Positions 35,391 to 43,319 of a stretch of DNA of 43,319 nucleotides are shown in pieces (position 1 is the stretch's first letter; each line of letters opens with the position of its first letter). Source of the DNA: Macrostomum lignano (Eukaryota); assembly GCA_002269645.1 (NCBI GenBank), contig NIVC01000699.1, positions 1 to 43,319 on the forward strand, in the 5' to 3' direction. Both the position numbers and the translations under genes were made by a program. Below the pieces are notes generated by a model that was given only the letters and a program-made list of their open reading frames with translations, did no database searches and had not been told where the DNA came from.

Positions 35391-36266
35391 TTAAAGAAAA
35401 AAATTTGAGCTGATGCAGGCAGCCAAAAAGGCACTCCACATAGCCGCCGCTAAAACGTAATTCTCTGCATTTCCCCGACGACGCATGAGGCCTTCAATTC
35501 CGAGACGTACTCCTCGACGACTGTCCAGGTCACGTACCGCGCTTCCTTGCACGCTGCCAAGATGGCTTTTGTCCCCTGAAATTTTACTCCTCAACCCTGA
35601 TTTTAACTGAAGGAAAAGGAAGACAAACACAGGTGTCGTGCGCTTGTGCGCGGAAATAAATCTGGTCTCGTGGACCTTTCATTTGAGTAAAAATATATTG
35701 GCACTGCCGACCTGCCGCTACAATTGTATGCAACAGTTAATGTCTCTTCAGCGATAGAACTACCTCTCATCACTGGCTTCAATTTGCTCCAGAAATTCCG
35801 GCCCTTCTGCGTCACCTCAGGTGACAGCTTAAAGCTGCACTGAATCTTTGGACATTCTGCGCTTCAGTCAACTGATGCGAATTCTGACGAATGGCTGACT
35901 GAAAACAACTAAACTAATGCCGTATCTACGAGCTGTCTATTTTTACAGCTGAACAACAGTCTCGGATTTGACCTTGACTATACTATAAGCTGCATTTTAG
36001 GGGAAAGCCTGCATGGTCATGGTCTGGTTTAAATAATAAATAAAATCATATACAGTAGTCACTTCATTTTACTGTCGTGTGTACATGTACATGCAGCATT
36101 TGAATCTATCATTCTTTTATGTACTGTGCATAAAAATTGTGCCACAATTCTATGCTCCGTTCTGAAAAGACGTCTTGCCCCTTGAGTTTCGCGAATCTTT
36201 TGAGATGCGTCGACGTCCATACTTAATTTGAAATCGGCATATCTATCTACGTAATTATTCAGATTT
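35391..36266 (-). other. Possible small orphan spliced gene; candidate exons 36266-36073, 35856-35764, 35575-35391
   Basis: GC-elevated island. Phase-1 junctions can join into a Cys-containing ORF ending in a hydrophobic tail. No family is recognised, and an alternative acceptor at 35607 gives an early stop. Confidence 0.25.
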
Positions 36267-37256
36267 CTACAGAGTAAATTTATATACAGTGTAAAAATTA
36301 ATAAAAAAATTGACGGCGGGATCAAGCATAAAAAACGAGCTTCTCCGCGCAAGTGAAAAAGTCGGAGACATGAGTTTTAAATAATTTTGTTTGATTGAAT
36401 TTCTCGATCTTTGAGTTTTAGGTCGGGTCACAAATGTTCTATGCTCTTTTAAACCATTCGATCACAAGAAAGATGCCAAAGGACAAATGGTTATTCCAAA
36501 TTTAGGAATTTAGGAATCTCAAGTTACGAATATTTCCTGGTCTTGGACTGTAGAAGTAATATTTTTTATTTTGCTGTTGAAATTTCTGTTTTGTGTTTTG
36601 ACATTCTACGAGTCTCGTAAATGTAGGCCTTCATAAAGCTCATAATATTTTGATGAGCGGAGAAAACATTGCATGCTCTGACGTGTACCTTCTATGAAAA
36701 TCTACAGCTCAAATTTGATTAAGAATTCATATTTATCGCGACATAGTTAGTTGAGCTTTTTTAACCAAAGTTATTGTTTTTTGTCAAAAAAAGTTATAGT
36801 AACAAGTATTCAATAATTTTGTTGTCGAATATTATTTCATATCTTAACCTAAAATTTGATTATCTGGTTCTTAAACTTACGGCGTTCATTTGAATCAATC
36901 ACAAATCCGAATTCAATTGAACTTAAAAACTGCAGCGGTAAATTCCATTCAATGCATAACTGAGTCAAAAAAACGATAGTCGATAGTATTTTCCTTTAGT
37001 AATTAGCAGTATCATGAGTTAAATTTATTGTAGTTTAATTTCAGTTAAGGACACAACTTAAGCTACAATGAATTAATTTAAACATAGGCCTATGGTTTTA
37101 AATCCGCTAAGACTAAGAGTTTGTTTATCGTTGTGACGTGTTCGTGTTTTACATTGTGTCCCAGCCATCGAGAAGCCCTACTCAATAGGCTAATAATTAA
37201 AATAGGTCTAGTAGATGTTTGTTAGGCTTGTCACTTTGTAGCAAAGCAGAAAGAGC

Positions 37257-40200
37257 ATGCAAAGGTGTGTAATTCGATCTGTCAACTTCAATGAAGATTT
37301 TTGTAAGTCGTTTTTCATATTCCTTTTTTGTCTATTCTGTCTATTCTTAAGACTAGAAGTAGGGCCTAGACCTATGGACCTTAATGTGGATCCTGAGATT
37401 TGCCGATATGCATTTGAAATGCAAATGTAATAATTTTGCAATACAATTCTGTTAACAAAAAATAAACTAGACAGGAGGAAAAATACCTAAGGAGCATAGT
37501 TATTAATTTTTTTAGTTATAAATATTTTAATACAATAATAATAACCTATCATACTTTGCTTAATAAAAGCCATTTTTAAAATTGACACTAATTAAACAAT
37601 ATGCCCTAGGTGCTTTTATAATTTTAAACTTAAAAAATAGTGAGTTCTAAGTCTAACTGCTAACATACAATAAAATTGACATTAGACTTGTCTTAGAGCT
37701 ATCAAAATTTGAGATTTTATTAAGACAAGAAAGGGTTATAAGTCTAAAAATTCTAGATAAGATGAGACAAGAATAATCCAAATATAAAATCTAAAATTAA
37801 AAAAATTCAATCAAATAAACAACACTACACTTAGAAACATGGCAGCCATGTCTAGAGGTTGGGCAGGATCCTGATCCCGATCCCAAAATCTTGGGATCCC
37901 AAGGAAAATTGAATTCCCGTGGGACCAGAATCCTGACCCTAAAAAACTTAAGATTCGGGAACAGGTCCTTCGATTAATAATTTATAGAATTAGTGATTAC
38001 TTGAAGGTATTTTGCTTTAACTTGTACTTGTTACATTTACTTTGTTGTGTCGTAGGGGTTACTTCTGTCCCTACAAATTATCCCTCTGCTGACACCAAAG
38101 TTGTCACAGGCCTCTTGGCTCTCTATAAAAATTCCTTTGTCTAGAAATCTCAGCTGCTGACACCAAAGTTGTAACGGGGCTAATTCTTCCTTCTTAATAA
38201 TATCTCACTAATTCTACTGCTGACACTAAATCTTGCCTTAATGTTTCTAACTGTTTCTTAGAATTTCATTTGAATATTCTGGTAGCGTTTTATGTATTAG
38301 TCTGGTAGCGTCTTATGTATTAGTCTAGTAGCGTCTTATGTATGGCCTGAGTGGTCTAGTACTGGTACATGAACTTATTAGATTGTCCTAGTCAGGCATT
38401 CACCGGGATTAGAGGGTCATAGCACAACTCTCTGAATTTCCCTTTTTAATATTTTCCCAATCCCTTCTCTTAGTAAGTTTCTGAGCACTGTTACTCCCTT
38501 TTTCTTTAAAATAACTAACTCAACAAGATTTCAAAGTTTATCTGAGAATATAGAACAAACCAATATTATAGTGCACAAATATTTCGAAAGCAAGAAAAGG
38601 TTACTTTTATTTGGCAAAAATCACTCGTATATATACTGTTTCAGACGGCTATGTTTATAACAAAAATATTTATCGATAATATTTTGCATGGTAAAACAAA
38701 TGCTAAAATTAGTTTCTAGTTTGTGCGCGAATTTAACATGGTTATAAATCGGCTAATTTACATGTATGAATTGTAATAGGCATTTTATTAGGTACAAAGA
38801 ATAGTAAAGGTAATTAACAGAAACATACACTAGCACAGTTGGTTACAAAACTTCATATCAATTTCGTTGTGTTTTACTTCTTGATCTTGACAATCTTTTC
38901 TCAATTTTGTTTAACTTTACATGGACAATACACTAAAAGACCTGATCCCAATTCATAAATCCCAATCCCAATCCCAATCCCGAGAAAAAAATTATTCCCA
39001 ATCCCGATCCCACCCAAAGATTTCAATCCCGTCCGACCTCTAGCCATGTCTATAGTGCAGAAACTTATAGACACAATGGCTATGTCTCTAATAGTGACTA
39101 GCTCTATATTTATAGATATGACTACTATGTGTTGCATTCATCTGTTGCAGGGTTCACACTTAAAGACATGGTAGATGGCCATGTTAATATTGAATAGGTT
39201 CACACTTAGAGACACAGTGGGTGGTCATGTTAATATTAGGCTAAATGGGTTCACACTTAGAGACATGGTGGGTGGCTGTGTTGTTATTATTGAATGGGTT
39301 CGTAGTTCACAATTAGAGACACAGTGGGTGGCCATGTCATTAATATTAAATGGGTTCACACTTAGAGACATGGTGGGTGGCCGTGTTGTTAATATAAATG
39401 GATTCACACTTAGAGACACGTTGGGTAGCCATGTTTATAATATTGGAGCTTATAGGCATGGCTGCCATGTATATAATCATCAATATAGAATATGTATTTT
39501 GTAGGGCTCTCTCATAACATAAGCAAATAGTGGCTTAGTTGATAAGTTAATAAGTTAATTCCCTTGTGATTACATGAAAAGGTTCAAATCCCAAGTGGTC
39601 AGGGTTTTTTTTAATTTGAAATTTTTTTAACTAAATCAAATTAAAATAAATATAAATTGGCCGTACTTTGTCATGAGTTAAATATTATATAGCCATACTA
39701 AATGCATAATTAATTGACTTGGGAATAAAAGAAAATCCAGCAATAACTGACAAATATAAACAAAAATGTGGCAAACTTCTTATAATATAAAATTTCTAAT
39801 AATCAGTAAGTTCAAATACTTACAGATATAGCTATGTATATACTTGCGGCCATACTTTAAGATTTAGTGAACATTTCTACTCTTATTAAAAAATTAATTT
39901 AATTTATTATTTTATTTTAATTAAAAAACTTAAAAAGTTCAAGATGGAAAAAATTCTGTTCACTAAAAAAATTAAATGAAAAAAATGCTTACTTCTTGGG
40001 ATTTGAAACTTCTTACATGCAATCACAAGGCAATTGACATATCCACTAAGCTACCATTTGCTTATGAGAGAGCCTTACAGAACACACATTTTATATCAAT
40101 GATAATAGCCATGCCCATGCTTATAAGCTCAAATATAGTAGACATGGCCACCATGCCTATAAGCTCCAATATTATAGACACAGCCACTGTGCCTATAAGT

Positions 40201-41945
40201 ACTCTGATTGAGTAGTGATCAGTCATTCAAAAACTCCCACTTCCAGACGCTTAAGCCTACAAACAAAATCAGTGATCACTTACTGTTGCAGGCTCCTCTT
40301 TGTTGTGCAAGTCTGTAGAGCTTGTCTTCTTAAGTCTGTTTCCTCCGGAATAGTCCTCTTGAAGTCCTTGAAGTCCAAAATTGGCCAAATGTGAGAGCAT
40401 AACAATCACTCAAACTGTTTCTTGAGTGCAAAAATCAATGTATTCCTCGAGTGCAGAGGTCAATGTATTCCTTAAGTGCAGAGGTCAATGTATTCCTTGA
40501 GTGCAGAAGTCAAGATGTATTTCTCGAGTGCAGAGGTCAATGTATTCCTTGAGTGTAGAAATCAAATTGGACAGGAAAAGCTAGCAATAAAATTGTTCTC
40601 CATTAATCACATAAAAGACTCAAATAACTTATTATTTGATAATTTTCTCTCTCAGAAATATAGCCTTGCTTCATTGCTATGGCAAAGCACAAGATATTTT
40701 AAGGCTGCTATAAGTCTTGCTGCTAAGAGGGAGAAGGAGAGGGAGAGCTGCGGCCAGTGGCAGCCAACACTCAGAAGGGCGCAGGGCACAGCTGACAAAA
40801 GGGGGCACCCAACACTAAAATAGTGCTCACTTCATTAGTAACATGACTCATATTTCATCATAAGTTACAACATGATTCATCTTTCATCATAGTTTTGCTA
40901 TGCATGTTTACATTAGTCTACTCACTGTAGCATCTTATGGTACTCTACACTATATAGAATAGAGCTATAGTCTAGTGTAGTGATTTTATGTGCCAATGGT
41001 CTAGACAAGTTAGGGCCACAATGTACTCCCTATGTATACCTATTCATGTGACTGGATATACATATCTATGTACTTATATGTATGCTTAAGAGAGTTGATA
41101 GAATTGACAGTGATGCTTTTCACTAGTTGTGACAAACTTGTTTTTTAAGTCTTTTAAGTTGGACACGCCTCCCTCTAAGAAGAATAAATAAATAAGGTTA
41201 AAAACAGCTTGGTTATTATCCTATTATACAGTATAATTGTTTTTAAAAAATAAAATATCATTATTTGCATATAAAGCTTATAATAACCTAAAGCTTTAAG
41301 GCCCCAACTCTTAGCCTACTTGTTTAGATAACTAATTTATTGCTCAATAAAGCCTTTGAGTAGCTTTGCCTAATTTCAGTAAACTAGTTACTAAATATAA
41401 TTTAAATTTGCTTCATATTTCTTTCTTATAAGATTTTCCTTACACACTTTAGCTTGCTTCACCTGCTGTCCTGAGAATGGTGCTTTGGTCTTCAATGTCA
41501 ACCCGTTAGCCTATCTGGGGCAGCTTGGTAAGTCATTTTGACATCTTCATCAAATTATTAAAATTTTTACTTTCTTATACATAGACCCAAGAAAGTATAC
41601 TTTCTTATTATCCAACCTATTTCGATTCTAATTTCTCAATACATATCCTCGCTAATCCCAGATGGAGAGAAGCTGGGCAGTTTGTCATCAGCCAGCATGC
41701 TTGGCCGCAGCAACATGTTCGCTCTCGTTGGCGGAGGCAAAACGCCCAAATTTGCCGAGAATGCGGTTAGTTAAATCTTGATGGTCGCATTTTCATCCCA
41801 ACAGTAGCACGATTTTATTTTTACCCTTTATTTTCTACATTTTGTGCAACATTTTAGTAATTATCTGGGACGAAGCAAAGAAAGATTTTGTTATGGAGTA
41901 CGCCTTCAATTCGCCCGTGCTTGGAGTTCTTCTAAGAAAGAGCGG
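37257..41945 (+). CDS. WDR45: WIPI4/WDR45 PROPPIN autophagy beta-propeller, 3'-partial; exons 37257-37302, 41453-41527, 41662-41765, 41858-41945
   Basis: Joined sequence MQRCVIRSVNFNEDF|SCFTCCPENGALVFNVNPLAYLGQL|DGEKLGSLSSASMLGRSNMFALVGGGKTPKFAENA|(V)IIWDEAKKDFVMEYAFNSPVLGV resembles WDR45 (SCFCC..TGVRIYNVEPL; RSNLLALVGGG..PKF) more than WDR45B. All exons are below the ORF-track cutoff. The exon 3/4 junction is 1 nt out of phase. Confidence 0.88.
37853..39042. mobile_element. Non-autonomous hAT-type DNA transposon (1190 bp) in WDR45 intron 1
   Basis: TIRs TAGAGGTTGGGCAGGAT and TAGAGGTCGGACGGGAT (right end read as reverse complement); exact 8-bp TSD GCCATGTC at 37845-37852 and 39043-39050; subterminal ATCCC arrays at both ends; no transposase ORF. 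Confidence 0.88.
39140..39440. repeat. Degenerate ~45-50-bp tandem repeat (GGTTCACACTTAGAGACATGGTGGGTGGCCATGT core) in WDR45 intron 1
   Basis: About 6 units. Confidence 0.8.
40430..40560. repeat. 25-bp tandem repeat (GAGTGCAGAGGTCAATGTATTCCTT), ~5 copies
   Basis: Direct reading of the units. Confidence 0.8.
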
Positions 41946-41962
41946 GTAAGCTTTAGTTTGCT

Positions 41963-43319
41963 AAAAAATCATTCACTGATCCCATCTTAACATTCCCAAT
42001 AATCATTCACTGATCCCATCTCATTATTCCCCACAATCAATTCACTGATCCCATCTCAACATTCCCAATTATCATTCACTGATCCCATCTCATTATTTCC
42101 AATACTCATTCACTGATCCCATCTCATTATTTCCAATACTCATTCACTGATCCCATCTCATTATTTCCAATAATTATTCACTGATCCCATCTCATTATCT
42201 CCAATAATCATTCACTGGTCCCATCTCAGCATTTCCAATAATTATTCACTGATCCCATCTCAGCATTCCCAATAATCATTCACTGATCCCATCTCAGCAT
42301 TCTTAATAATCAATTCACTGATCCCATCTCAGCATTCCCAATAATCATTCACTGATCCCATCTCAGCATTCTTAATAATCAATTCACTGATCCCATCTCA
42401 GCATTCCCAATAATTATTCACTGATCCCATCTCATTATTCCCAATAATCATTCACTGATCCCATCTCAGCATTCCCAGTAATCATTAACTGATCCCATCT
42501 CAGCATTCTTAATAATCAATTCACTGATCCCATCTCAGAATTCCCAATAATTATTCACTGATCCCATCTCATTATTTCCAATAATCATTCACTGATCCCA
42601 TCTCAGCGTTCCCAATAATCATTCACTGATGCCATCTCAGCATTCCCAATAATCATTCACTGATGCCATCTCATTATTTCCAATAATCATTCACTGATCC
42701 CATCTCAGCATTCCCAATAATCATTCACTGATGCCATCTCATTATTTCCAATAATCATTCACTGATCCCATCTCATTATCTCCAATAATCATTCACTGAT
42801 CCCATCTCAGCATTCTCAATAGTTATTCACTGATCCCATCTCAGCAATCTCAATAATCAATTCACTGATCCCATCTCAGCATTGCCAATAATCAATTCAC
42901 TGATCCCATCTCAGCATTCCCAATAATCAATTCACTGATCCCATCTCATTATCTCCAATAATCATTCACTGATCCCATCTCAGCATTCCCAGTAATCAAT
43001 TCACTGATCCCATCTCAGAATTCCCAAAATCATTCACTGATCCCATCTCAGAATTCCCAAAATCATTCACTGATGCCATCTCATTATTTCCAATAATCAT
43101 TCACTGATGCCATCTCATTATTTCCAATAATCATTTGATCTCATTATTTTCAATAATCATTCACTGATCCCATCTCATTATCTCCAATAATCATTCACTG
43201 ATCCCATCTCAGCATTCCCAATAATCATTCACTGATCCCATCTCAGCATTCTCAATAGTTATTCACTGATCCCATCTCAGCATTCCCAATAATCATTCAC
43301 TGATCCCATCTCAGCATTC
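41963..43319. repeat. ~34-bp minisatellite (ATCATTCACTGATCCCATCTCAGCATTCCCAATA) in WDR45 intron 4, continuing past the window end
   Basis: About 40 units starting ~20 nt after the donor at 41946. Confidence 0.97.

Noticed and set aside
36267-36352. Hydrophobic N-terminus of ORF 36059-36352 as a signal peptide
   Set aside because: It starts at TTG and is encoded by a T-rich tract ending in CTGTAG, which looks like an intron 3' end.
40284-40814. Second solo-LTR-like segment with TGTTG...CAACA ends
   Set aside because: Flanks (CTTAC and CTAAA) do not form a TSD, and 5-bp inverted ends can arise by chance.

Overview
This is eukaryotic (animal) genomic DNA. GC-rich, polyQ-containing exons and introns packed with minisatellites suggest a Macrostomum-type flatworm, but that is inference. 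Five spliced genes can be reconstructed by hand. Three lie in tandem on the minus strand: BRPF (peregrin/Br140 family), SMG8 and SLC33A1, which runs off the window start. Two lie on the plus strand: NDUFB11 and WDR45/WIPI4, which runs off the window end. A sixth gene, a 4-exon DEG/ENaC channel, is nested antisense in the last BRPF intron and has non-canonical RG and GIT motifs. About 20 distinct tandem arrays (16-56 bp units) fill introns and spacers. Most are C-rich on the transcribed strand and flip polarity with gene orientation, and several units resemble branch point + pyrimidine tract + YAG. Spacer polarity, spacing and acceptor-like sites at gene starts suggest a BRPF-SMG8-SLC33A1 SL trans-spliced operon (hypothesis). 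The AT-rich right third holds two non-autonomous DNA transposons with intact 8-bp target-site duplications. Three reading-frame or phase breaks are each a 1-nt loss in a homopolymer and are probably assembly errors. No tRNA, rRNA or CRISPR array was seen. All alignments were by eye against remembered family sequences; no searches were run.
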